From Octopus bimaculoides (taxonomy: Eukaryota), in the NCBI RefSeq assembly GCF_001194135.2, contig NC_068985.1:40049766-40113765 (forward strand): 64,000 nt of DNA, read 5' to 3'. Positions 27,597-39,349 of this stretch are shown here, in pieces; within the stretch, counting starts at the first letter, position 1, and every line of letters starts with the position of its first letter. Below the pieces are notes generated by a model, which saw nothing but the letters and a program-made list of their open reading frames with translations, did no database searches and had not been told where the DNA came from. The position numbers were made by a program, and so were the translations under genes.

Positions 27597-28144
27597 CAAA
27601 AATTAATAAAAACAGTTAGTTGCAGTGTTATACCATAAAGGAGAATCATAGTCATCGACTAGACAAGACTAAGGGTGTCAAGACACCTACACTGCTAGAA
27701 ATAAGAACTAAAATGTGCCAATGCTGTTATAAAGCACATAACACATACTCTGATAGGGGCTGCAATTGCCCCAAACACCGAACTGAGAAATCCTTAGACT
27801 GACCAGTCAGTTATGGCTATTTCCATAGCCATCGTCAGTGAGGTCAGCTCATTTGGCAGATTCCAGGCTACTTCACCTATCAGAATATATACATTTACCA
27901 TAAAAATTTACGAATGATTTAGCAGATTGCTAATGTGTATACAAAAATTAATAAAAACAGCTAGTTGCAATGTTATGCCATGAAGGAGGATTATAGTCAT
28001 CAACTAAACATGACTAAGGGTGTCACGATACCTACTTGCGAGAAATAAGAGCTAAAATGCTCCAATGTTGTTATAAAGCACATAACATATACTCTAAGAG
28101 GGGCTGCAATTGCCCTGAACACAACCAAGAATTCCTTAGACTGA
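27597..28144 (-). mobile_element. Partial tandem dimer of a ~345-bp unit carrying a hammerhead fold (retrozyme or Penelope pLTR-like)
   Basis: ~205-bp direct repeats 27597-27802 and 27942-28144 (about 85% identical by eye). The hammerhead spans the repeat/spacer junction. Confidence 0.7.
27792..27843 (-). ncRNA. Degenerate type I hammerhead ribozyme
   Basis: Minus strand: CCTCA-CTGACGA-T-GGCTAT ggaa ATAGCC-ATAAC-TGAC tg GTCA-GTC/TAAGG. Stems I-III and the GUC triplet are present; the GAAAC core is mutated to ATAAC. Confidence 0.65.
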
Positions 28145-29399
28145 TACACACACACAAAATTATATACACACGCACACACACACACACATGCATATAAGGA
28201 AACAGAGAGAGACAAATAACAATGAAAAATACAAAGAAATATAAAAAAGGACAGATAGAGAGAAATAAAGAGAGACATTTTAACTAATTCCACCATAAAT
28301 TAAGAATAATAATTTCTAAATTTGGCACAAGGTCATACAACATCAATAACAACAACAACAACAACAACAACAACAGTTATTATTAGCAGCAGCATAAGCA
28401 CTGTTGCATTACCAAAGAATGGATCTTAGTAAATCTATGCGCATTCATTTAGGCCCTATCTTCAACAACAGTTAAGTTGCAAAGGGTAAAAGTAAGTTTC
28501 TGATTCAATATTCATAAAAATGGTTATTTGTCCTACTTTTCATCTTTGTAACTGTTGCTGTATTACTCCTTTGTTTTTGTTTACCTTCAGTGATATTTCT
28601 TTTGTTTTAGTTCCCAAACTATGTTCTACACATTAATGCTTTTGAAAAAGCTATGTATGTCACAACGCTTTTGACTATCCACTTATCTCGGTCAAGTTGT
28701 ATATTGATTATAAAATAGTTTTATGAGGACCAATGAGAGCAATGAAAGGTATGAGTTGAGAGAGAAGTGGATAGTTCAGATAAGAGAGTGGTGAAATATT
28801 GAATAAAATAGAACAGTGCATTGTTTGTGGCAAATGGTTTAATTGTTGGACTGGTGGGTAGGTGGATGGTCATGTTGATAGACTAGAAGATATTTAGGAG
28901 GTAGGCAACTGATGCTGTGCCAATGGCCAAAAAAAAAAGAAAGAAAAAAACAAGTTAACTTTCAACAGTACAGTTCACTTAAAAGCAAATAGGTACTATG
29001 CGGTGGAATGGTACACTACCCTAAGTAGCAGTAACAGTGTAAAGATAATTGACAATGTTTCATTATCAAACAGTGAAGAGTTCACATCTTTTGTACATAT
29101 GGGCAAATATGGGAGGTGTTGTTTGCGGGGGGGGGGGGATTACACTGGTTTTAACAACAGATCAATTAAACCAAACATGCATTGTTGGTAATTTCTGGTC
29201 ATAAAAAAAAAAAAAATCAAGCAAATGGCTTGAAGAATTTTTTTAAGGAAGATGTTTGAAGATCAGAGATAATAATAAGAGGAGTAGAGCCAAATGAATT
29301 AATTCCAGTACAGGGATGCTACTTATTTTATTGACTCAATAAAAACAAAAGACAAAGTCAACTGCAGAAGGGTTTGAACTTAGAACATAAAGGCATCTA

Positions 29400-29612
29400 A
29401 TTAAATACTGGTTTCAAATTTTGGCATGAGGGCAGCAATTTTGAGGGAGGGGGTAATTTTATTACATCAACCCAGTTTTCAACTAGTACTTATTTTATGA
29501 GCCCTAAAAAGGATGAAAGGCAAAGTTGACCTTGGTGGAATTTGAACCTAGAACATAAATGTCACTAAGCATTTTGTCTAGTGTGCTAACAGTTCTGCCA
29601 GTTCACCACCTT
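29400..29612 (-). mobile_element. SINE family B copy
   Basis: ggatgaaaggcaaagttgaccttggtggaatttgaacc...ctgccagttcaccacctt. Confidence 0.75.
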
Positions 29613-30934
29613 ATGTAATTAAATACTGCAAGGTATTTTGTTTTATGTGTTATTGTTTCTGACGGCAAATATCATAAGAATCTGTTATACACCCACATTA
29701 AAAATAAAACTTTTTAAAATCATTTACTTTTTCAGTATTAGAAGTTTCTAATACCTTTTGGAGAAGGCAGAATTGATTAGATGAACTCCAGAACCTGACT
29801 ATTGTTTTATTGAACTCGCCAACATCCGAACTCAAGAAGTGGATGCACCCGAGAAGTATTTTCTCTGCTGTTCTGCTTATTCTGCCATCTATACTCAACA
29901 TACAAGATTCCTTAAAGTCTTTACAGAAGTCTTCATGCACTTGACTTGTTAGAAAATACAGCCAAATCTCCTAATTTCAAAAAAGGAAGGTCACACTGGA
30001 CAATATAGTTTTGGATACACAAAAAGACGAGATAGTTATTGATGAAATCCTTATTGATCATAATAAGTCTATTCAATTTTGGTTGACCTGGGCCTAAAGA
30101 ACAATAAGATTTCCTGAGACCAATGTTTTCAGTTGCTGTTGATGCCTGACAATAGATTTTTTTCTAGAATATAAACAATAAGGATTTTCTTTCTTGCCTT
30201 ACTACTACTATAGCTAGAGTGCTTAACCCCTTCAGCTTTTCTAATAAGTAGGTACTAAACAAGTGCTACCAATAATAGAATCGTAAGTACAAACATATCA
30301 AAATTGGACTTGCATCGCAAAACTTTTTTTTTCTCTTCAGAAAATATTTTTGAATTACTTTCTTACTTTGCTGCACATAACTGGTTATTTTTATGCTTCC
30401 ACCCACATTGCTGCTCTATTAATACCTAATTATTTTATTATATAAATACTGATAATTATCTAATGGTGACCTGTTTAGAAAACAAACTAAACAGCAGGTC
30501 TTATAAGAGACAAGTTTAAAAAATATTCTTTTTGAGATATTTTAACCTCAGAGATTAAACTTAAAAAAGAAAAAGAAAAAAAAGCTGAAACTAATATGAT
30601 TTTATTTGATTCAACACAGCAAATGAAAGCATAGCACAGAAAATCTATTGATAGAAACAAGGCCAACTGCACAATGTAGTTTACACTGCTGCAACTATTA
30701 AAATAATTCTTACAACCTACTGAAAAGATTTTGTCCTATATGGATGGTTTTGAAACTATTGTCTGAGTAACTGGAGTATCATATATATTCATTGTGTGAG
30801 TTTTTCATGATTATTTTCTTCAAATTGGACATGTGTCACTACTCAGAATTAAAACAGTTTATAAGTCATGGAATATTGAAATGATACATCAGTTAAGAAT
30901 AATGGATTGCTTTGCATAGCATAAATGTATGCTA

Positions 30935-30981
<47 letters not shown>

Positions 30982-31275
30982 ACAAATAGATAGAATTGTT
31001 AAAACACTAAATTTGTCTTCTAAGTTCAAACTCTGTAGAAGTCAATTTAGCTTTTCATCCTTATGAGGTGGATAAAGGATAAAATGCTAGTCCAATACTA
31101 GGGTTGATGAATCTTTTCACTCACACTAGAAGAAATCAGCTGTGAAATCTTATTCTAGTGTACTTAAAAAAGTGAAAATAAAACTCAAAAGAAATGAAAA
31201 TAAATTCTACAATATTTCTAAAAAATAAAGTATTATGAGACTTGATATCCTTTATAAGAAAGGAAAAAATACATA

Positions 31276-31517
31276 CAGGGTTGGCCAAAAGTCATCTGAC
31301 AGTGAATCAAAATTCCATAAATACTTAATATTTAATTTTATTTATTCATTCCAATTATGAATGTTTAATAATTGAATGCTGTGAGTTAAAAATCACTGGT
31401 TTTTTTTTTCAGCATTTGTCTATTTATTAGCAAAGTCTCATATAAAATAATTTTTTGTTTTATTCTTGGAATTTAGTGGGCTTTGATTTACTGTCAGGTG
31501 ACTTTTGGCCAACCCTG
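31276..31517. mobile_element. Tc1/mariner-type MITE (242 bp)
   Basis: TA TSD. 36-bp TIRs cagggttggccaaaagtca(t/c)ctgacagt(g/a)aatcaaa with 2 mismatches. Confidence 0.9.
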
Positions 31518-32059
31518 TATAATGTACATTGATGTAAGTTAAATATAGAAAGATACCAGTCCCAGATGGAAGTTTAACCTTTTGACATACAGGAGTCCCA
31601 TTCAGAGGGGAGCCTTGTATTTTCAGTTATTTAAGCATTATAGAAATTGGGATAACCTCCAACCTAATGTGTCAGTGGGCTCAGAACACACACACACTTT
31701 TATATTGTAAGAAAGAAGATTGTGTTAGTATGAGCATGTGATGTGTACAGATGACAATACAGTTGTATAAAGAAGTGCATGGTACTCAAAGCAGGTGGAA
31801 CATGCAGAAAGAGGAGATCCAGGAAGACATGCAATGAATGGTGAAAACCGATCTCATGATGTTGAGCTTAATGGAGAAGATAATGATAGACTAAAATGAT
31901 TGGCAATATACAGTGCTGGAGAGACCTGACCTGTAAGCACAGTGAAACTAATGTTAAATAAATTATGATATTGATGGAGTTTGGGGAGCATAATGTGTAT
32001 GTATGTGTGTGAGTGTGTGCATGTACATATATATTCATGCGTGTATGTGTGCGAGAGTG

Positions 32060-32128
<69 letters not shown>

Positions 32129-32810
32129 ATACACATGTATTTGGATCTTGCCAATTTGTCATTAAGTCTACATCTGCTATTTCCTTCTCTCGTAATCCCA
32201 TCACTCATATCTTCACTTATCTCCACCATTCACTCTCCCTCCACTCATCCTGTCTTCTATTTGATGTATTAATCAACAGTGATCACTTTTATTTACATTC
32301 TTGCCTTGTTACCTGGAGTGAATGAACACATCACTGAGTAGTAAAAACCCACCAATCTCATAGAATACAAGGTTGGTGCCACAATAAACACCACCCTGTA
32401 CACTCTAAAAAGTGGTTGGCAAACCAGCTGGGACAGCACAGATTTGATAAGATCATTCACCTTTAGTGAGGACATGACAACCTCTCTAGTGCTGGAGCCA
32501 CAATGAAATGCACCCAGTACATTTTATAATGTAGTGAATAAGCAAAAGCAACATAAGGTCAAGAGGACCTTGTAGTTTTGTTGAGGACATGAAACCTCTC
32601 TAGTGCTGGTGCCATGACAAAAGGTACTGAGTACACTCTGTAAAGATGATGATAGAAGAGCATGCAACTGTAGAAATCAAACCAAAAACAAAATGTGTAA
32701 AGAAAAATTAGTCTTCTAACCAGTCTAAGTCCGAACAAGAGAGCTGACTCAGATCTTGGCAGCCCATCTAACCCATACCAGCATGGAATGTGGAAGTAAA
32801 GTGATGATGA

Positions 32811-32854
<44 letters not shown>

Positions 32855-35800
32855 TATTTTTATACCATATATATTTCTGTATCATATATATTTCTATACT
32901 ATACACACAAGCACACACACATGCCTGCATACACAGAAAGCAATGCTAGGGTATATGGCCAAAAATAACAAATTATTAACTATATAAACATATTACGAAG
33001 TGAGAAGAAAACAATCCACAATTGCAGCCTTTGTACTGTTATTGTATCTTGGTGCTGATCTAACAGCATGACTGGTTGTTTTATTCTTGAAACAAAAGAA
33101 GAGATGACGCAGTCACAGCAGCCTCTATATGTCAATGATGGAAGTGAAGACACACTTAAAGATGACCTGTCATGAAAGTGTCATGAGTTAAATTAAGAAA
33201 GGAATCCTGACTTTTTTTTTAATGTCACAATAAAGTAAGTCAGAGACTAAGGAAATAAATGGACACATGGTTTCATTAATTTTGGCATTAAATGTTCCTG
33301 AGGTATGTTAGAGATATGCATGGATTCTCATTTCCAGAAACCAGTAATACACAAAGGGTGAAAAGAAACAGTATGCAAACACAACCTTGTCCCCTGGTCA
33401 AACAAACTTATAAAGAAACAAGGAGAGACAAATGGACACAGAGATTTGTAGGAAGACATTTTTTTAGAAGGGGAAGAAAAGAGAAAAACCTAATAGTTAT
33501 GATGCCCTACAGAAAAGTAATCTTTACTGTTTAATTTATTTAGTAAACTGTATAAAGCCTGTACTGCCAATAGTCATGAAGAAATCTCAGGCCATCAAAG
33601 ACTTCAAAAAGAAAGTGTGATTGTTCACTGTATTTATATGGATAATATATCTCCAAATGTAGTATTACTTTGGTAATGGGTGTGAAAATTAAATCAAACA
33701 TTTCTGAAGGTTGCAGGGCCTAGAAAAAGTTGAGAATCACTGCAGTAAGGGGAAAAAAAAATCTCTATTGTTTCTACCAATGCTGTTAAGCAGAGAAATT
33801 TCAAACTACAAACATTCCAGGCTGAAGTATTCAGCAGAGTTCAGCTTAAAATCTTAAGATATTTCCCTCCTTTAAAGGAAACTAAAATAACATATTCATT
33901 TGTTTATCCATCCATTTATTTATTTGCTTCTATTGTATTGGATCTACATTGTCAATGTACACAAACGTTATTCTATTGAACTTATCTATACTGCCAATGT
34001 AGGTTACCAAAACTGTATTCTCTTATTACAAATACTGCATTACTGTATTGACTTTATATTGCCAAAATAGACTAATACTGCTATATTAACTTTATACTAC
34101 CATTACTGCATGTGCTATCTTGCCAGTACAGACCAATATAGCTATACAAGAGAGGAACAGAGAGTTCTACTCAGCCACCTGACCTGCTTGAAATAGTAGC
34201 CAAATTTCCTTCTTAAAAAAGGGAAAGAGACATGCATCCAGGATGATATACTCTTGAACTCATTAATGGTAAACAGAGAAGATGGTTGTGACAGGAATGT
34301 CTTTGAACATAAAACTGCTCAATCAGGGCTGATGTAGGTTAAACATAACGACTATTATTGTTTGGACTGTATACTGTCTAGAATTACCATTAATACATTA
34401 ACTCTATGTATCCAACCCATTGGTCATCTTGGATTCTGGTGATTCTAAACAAAGCAATACATTTACATTCAAAATATTTAACCATTACTAGTAGCAACAT
34501 GCACACACACACACACACACATACACAGAGTTGTTTAAGAATCGATAAGTCAGAAAAAATAGGAACTCATATATTTATATATTTGTCAATAGAGTAGGTA
34601 TATGTGTATATATATNNNNNNNNNNNNNNNNNNNNNNNNNNNNNNNNNNNNNNNNNNNNNNNNNNNNNNNNNNNNNNNNNNNNNNNNNNNNNNNNNNNNN
34701 NNNNNNNNNNNNNNNNNNNNNNNNNNNNNNNNNNNNNNNNNNNNNNNNNNNNNNNNNNNNNNNNNNNNNNNNNNNNNNNNNNNNNNNNNNNNNNNNNNNN
34801 NNNNNNNNNNNNNNNNNNNNNNNNNNATATATATATATATATATATAGAAAGATAGATAGAGAGAGAGAGAGAGGGGGGGGGGAGATTTGTAACGCACAT
34901 ATACTTAACAGCTGTAATCTTCAATTGTCAAATTGAAAAAAAGAGAGATTTATGTAAAGCCTTGGAAAATAAAACAAAATATAAATCTAATAACTACAAA
35001 TAAGTTTGACAAAGATGTTCTTGAAATAGAAAGAACACAGGAAAGAGTGTATCAAAATTGATAATCTACAGAGCAGGACAAAAAATAATTTGTCAATTTA
35101 CACAGCACTTCCATTGCTCATATTAGAAAATTGTTTCTCTTCTGTTATATCTATTTACACCTAGATGGATAGAGTTACATGCTGTGGGCACTGAAATAAT
35201 ACTGTCGACCTATTGCCTAACTGTCATCTGGAACACTTACAGATTGAGCTATCTGAATGCTTAACATTCAGTAAAATGGAATTAAGAGAAAATATTCTGT
35301 AAAAGAACACTAAATGGCTGAGAGTTAGGATCATGGTAAGAAGTTTTGGTACATAAACATAAGTAATAAAATTGTAAGATATAGAAAGGAAGACGATGAA
35401 TGAGCTGAATGTAGTCTAGCAACTGTGTATAGGCAGAAGAGGAGTGAGCTGAGTGTAATCTGGGGACTGTGAATGGAGAGAAGAATGAGTTGAGTGTAGG
35501 GAGAGAATATGTAGAAAAAGGAGAGGAATTTGGGAACAAGAAGAAATGGGATGAGGAATTTAGAAATAAGAAGGAATAGAATGAGAATATGGAAGGACAG
35601 GGAAGGAACAAATATATCTAATTTTGTTCCATGTTAACATGGATATGGATGGCTTTTTGCAAATTTGGATGCTTGCATATTGCCTCAGCGATTGTTTCAA
35701 CATTCAGATCCTTTTCTTTGATAAAGGTAGACTGAGACAAATAAAATTAAGTAGCTCAACACAATAATTGAAGACGTTATATGTAAACCTATGACTATAT

Positions 35801-35873
35801 AATATGATCAGTAGTCCAGCACTTTAACCTAACAAATACTATGCTTCATTGTTTTTAAATTAAAAAAAAAAAT

Positions 35874-36274
35874 CACTTCTTTAACTTTCTAAAAGACATC
35901 TCAACGCTTCTAAAAGCAAACTTCGTTTGTTTATTTACATTTGTCGTAATTTGAATTTAACATATGAGAGCGTCTCATAAAGTGAGATTTATATATCTTA
36001 ATTTGCAGAGGAATTTGTAGTGGGTAGTTTAGCTTAATCGGTCAAAGCATTGTGACATGTAATCACGGGGATGTGAGTTCGTGTCCACAGCTAGCCACCT
36101 ACACTTTTCTCTGCAAAATAGGGGTAGTTTATCCTGTTCAGGCTATATTATTAGCATTATTCTGCGATTGAGAATTAAAAAAAACAAACACTTCTTTAAC
36201 TTTCTAAAAGACATCTCAACGCTTCTAAAAGCAAACTTCGTTTGTTTATTTACGTTTGTCGTAATTTGAATTTA
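35874..36274. repeat. 86-bp near-identical direct repeats (35874-35959, 36189-36274) flanking the tRNA-like sequence
   Basis: Directly visible; 1 mismatch; period 315 bp. Confidence 0.9.
36022..36097 (+). pseudogene. Degenerate tRNA-like sequence, probably Thr(TGT)-derived
   Basis: D stem GCTT/AAGC; anticodon stem TGTGA/TCACG with loop CATGTAA; T arm GTGAG-TTC; partial acceptor GGTAGT/GCTAGCC; TTTT about 8 nt downstream. The T loop and T stem are defective. Confidence 0.55.
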
Positions 36275-37345
36275 TAATTCATTAATTAAAACAATAGAAT
36301 AAATAAATATCAATTAATGAAATGCTATATGATAAATACTTGTAAAATAAAATAAATAAGTACAGGCCTGGCAGTGTGGTCAAGAAGCTTTGCAATCACA
36401 TAGCTCCCAGTTCAATCCTGCTATCCAGCATGCTGAACACATGTCTTCTATTGCAGCCAAACAATAGAAGACACTTGTCTAACATAACTTCCCTGTGTTA
36501 GAATGTCTTGTGAGTGGAACTTTGTTGAGAGAAATTGTGTGAAAACCAGTCATGTATGTATGAAAAGTTCTGAATATGCAAGTGTGTGTGTATTCTATGT
36601 TTTACCACATAGGTAGTGTCATGTTCCTTTATGCCTTGTATCTTAGTGGTTCAACAAATGGAGATTGATGAATTAAGTATCACACTGAAGTAAGTACTAG
36701 AGACAATATACTCAATTAATAATTTTTGAAGATGATGCTACAGCATGGCTGTTGTCTAATAACTGAAGCCAGTAAAAGAGGATATAAATTAAGTACAATT
36801 AAAAGATTATTTAGGATTAGTAAAAAAAAATAATAAGTTCTTTGATTTATTTTCTTCAGTTGCAATTGAACCTGTTTAATCCTGACTCAATAAATATTTG
36901 TCTCTAAGTAAAGAATAAATGAAAGCCAAATGGTAATTTATATCTAGAATATCTTAAATGCTTGGCACAAAACAGTGGCTTTGAAAACTGCAAATCACTG
37001 AAGTGAGAATCTGTTTAATGCCAAAAAATCAAACCAGACTAGGGTAAGATATTAGGAATTGCAAATAAAGTCCATACGATAAATTTAGGTAGCAGTGCTT
37101 CATTTTGCCTACCAAATTTCATAAGAATATTTAAACACAATAATGTATGAGTTACACAAATATAAAGAACTGGAATCCAGAGAAGCACTGAGGTCATATA
37201 ATTGAGTAAAACCCCTCTGTCACAAAATTTCAGGTCTTGTGCCTATGTTAGAAACAATTATTATTAAGAGGAAGCAGTTACAACTGAAACCTGATTCAAT
37301 GACTAATATCCTTATCTTATAAACTTAGGGCCTGTGTTGTTTCAA

Positions 37346-37555
37346 CCCTTTAGTATTCAGATTACTCTCTCAAATGTAATGCTTATTTATTCGCATTATT
37401 TTGAATTAATCATGCATCATCTTGTAGCTAAGCCACATTCATGATGTGATTGCTTGGTTTCAGAAATACATTGTAGTATAGGTGTGAGAGGCCAGTTTTA
37501 ACATAAAACTGGTAGGATGTTTAGGCCAGATATAGCTGATTGGAATGCTAAAGGG
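37346..37555. mobile_element. piggyBac-type MITE (210 bp)
   Basis: Termini ccctttagtattc / gaatgctaaaggg. TTAA on the right, TCAA on the left. Confidence 0.65.
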
Positions 37556-38334
37556 TTAAGAAATAAAGGAAAAAGAAGTAGTGGATGGCAGCATGCAGAA
37601 TTGGTAGAGTAACAAATTAAAAGCATTGTGTTATTAAATTATTTTCAAATCCTGCCAAAGTCAAATCCTAGTATTAGTAAAATAAACCATTATCAAAACC
37701 AAGGTTAATTTAATACCATCACCAAGAAATGTGTCTTCATTAGAAATCATAATTTTTGTGAATAGAGCAGAGAATGGTAGACACAGCAGTATATAGCTAC
37801 ACGTCATTACATTTTGAGTTCAAATGGAATAACAGACATTTGAAATAATGTAATAACACAGAAGCAAATAGAAAGCAAAAGACAACCTATTAACCTATAC
37901 ATACATTATGAGTGTAATCTTTTGAACAGAGTGTACAAGCACATAGATTTGGTGCATATAATGTATTTAAATTTAAATATTTATTATTATTATTGTTGTT
38001 GTTACCACCACTACCACCACNNNNNNNNNNNNNNNNNNNNNNNNNNNNNNNNNNNNNNNNNNNNNNNNNNNNNNNNACCACCACCACCACCACCACCACC
38101 ACCACCACCACCAATACCAACACCAACACCAACAACAACAACAACAAGAAGGCTGTGATCTGTTAGAATCATTACAGTGCTATTATGTTTTGAGTTCAAA
38201 ATTCTGTTGAGGTCAACTTCACCTGTCATTCTTTTAGGGTCTATAAAATAAAGTACCAGTCAAGTACTGGGGTTGATAGTAATGACTAACACCCCTCCCT
38301 CAATATTGTTCTTGGTACCTAAATCTGATAATCA

Positions 38335-38374
<40 letters not shown>

Positions 38375-38397
38375 TATTATTATTATTATTATTAGCT

Positions 38398-38605
38398 TAG
38401 GCAGTGAGCTGGCAGAATCATTAGCATGCCAGTATTTAAAATGCTTAGCGGTATTTCACCTGTTGCTACATTCTGCATTGAAATGCTGCTGGGGTTGACT
38501 TTGCTTTTCATCTTTTTGGGTTTGATAAATTAAGTACCAGTTATGCACTGAGGTTGATGTAATTGACTGGTCCCCTACCCCAAAATTTCAGGCCTTGTAC
38601 CTTAT
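38398..38605 (+). mobile_element. SINE family B copy (partial copy also at 38160-38330)
   Basis: aggcagtgagctggcagaatc...caaaatttcaggccttgtacc. Confidence 0.75.
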
Positions 38606-39308
38606 GTAAAAAGTATTATTATTATTAGCTGATACTGGTGCACAGTAGAAAACATACTGGCCTTGTGTCTATATAAGAAATAATAATTATTATTATTGTT
38701 ATTCATCCTGAGAAAGGGAGGTAATGCCCACACTCCTTGTAGGCCTTCACAATCAGATGAGATGAATTGATGTTCTTAATAGTCTTGCTGTAAAGGATTT
38801 TAAGAATTAAAAGCTGAAGTTAAAAAAGAGAGTTAACGAGAAAGAAAGAAAGAAAAAGATAGGGTGGGAATGAATCAGAGACTGACACAGAGTGCATAGA
38901 ATCAACTAATAAAATTAACAAGCAACTGATTTTGATTCTAAATATTCAATTGTTACAGACTAAATAAACTATTTAAAAAAGTTATCATTTTCTGTTTCGC
39001 ACATTTTGCCCAAAGTAGAATTGCAAAAGTCAGTCTTGATGTGTCTTGTATATACATACATCTTGTATAATCTAAAAGAGATCCTTTTCCTTAAATGATT
39101 GGCCATTAAGTACAATGGTAATTGAATACCAGGTATTATAAGTAGAATTGTCTCTTGCTCCCACTAAGCTAGCTAGTTTACAATCAACATAATTCCCTAA
39201 ACATCTGCATCCTCCACCCACCAGTAGAACACAGGAATTCTCCATACAGTTTTCATAAATTGTGCATTTGACATTTTAGCTGATGTATATAAATACTGAG
39301 AGAGAGAG

Positions 39309-39349
<41 letters not shown>

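Noticed and set aside
29698-29940. 80-aa minus-strand ORF with a possible AAG|GTATTA donor
   Set aside because: No clear acceptor, the phase-0 end does not fit the phase-1 downstream exon, and there is no recognisable motif.
30368-30472. Minus-strand exon (acceptor ctaaacag|GTC, donor AAA|GTAAGA)
   Set aside because: All three frames contain stops. It could only be a UTR exon, which cannot be supported without RNA data.
35958-35995. Third hammerhead (CATATGA-GAG cgt CTC-ATAA)
   Set aside because: The core deviates at several invariant positions and no stems I or III can be drawn.
27597-36274. CRISPR-like or true LTR interpretation of the direct repeats
   Set aside because: Eukaryotic context, only two copies each, and no TG...CA termini, PBS or PPT seen.
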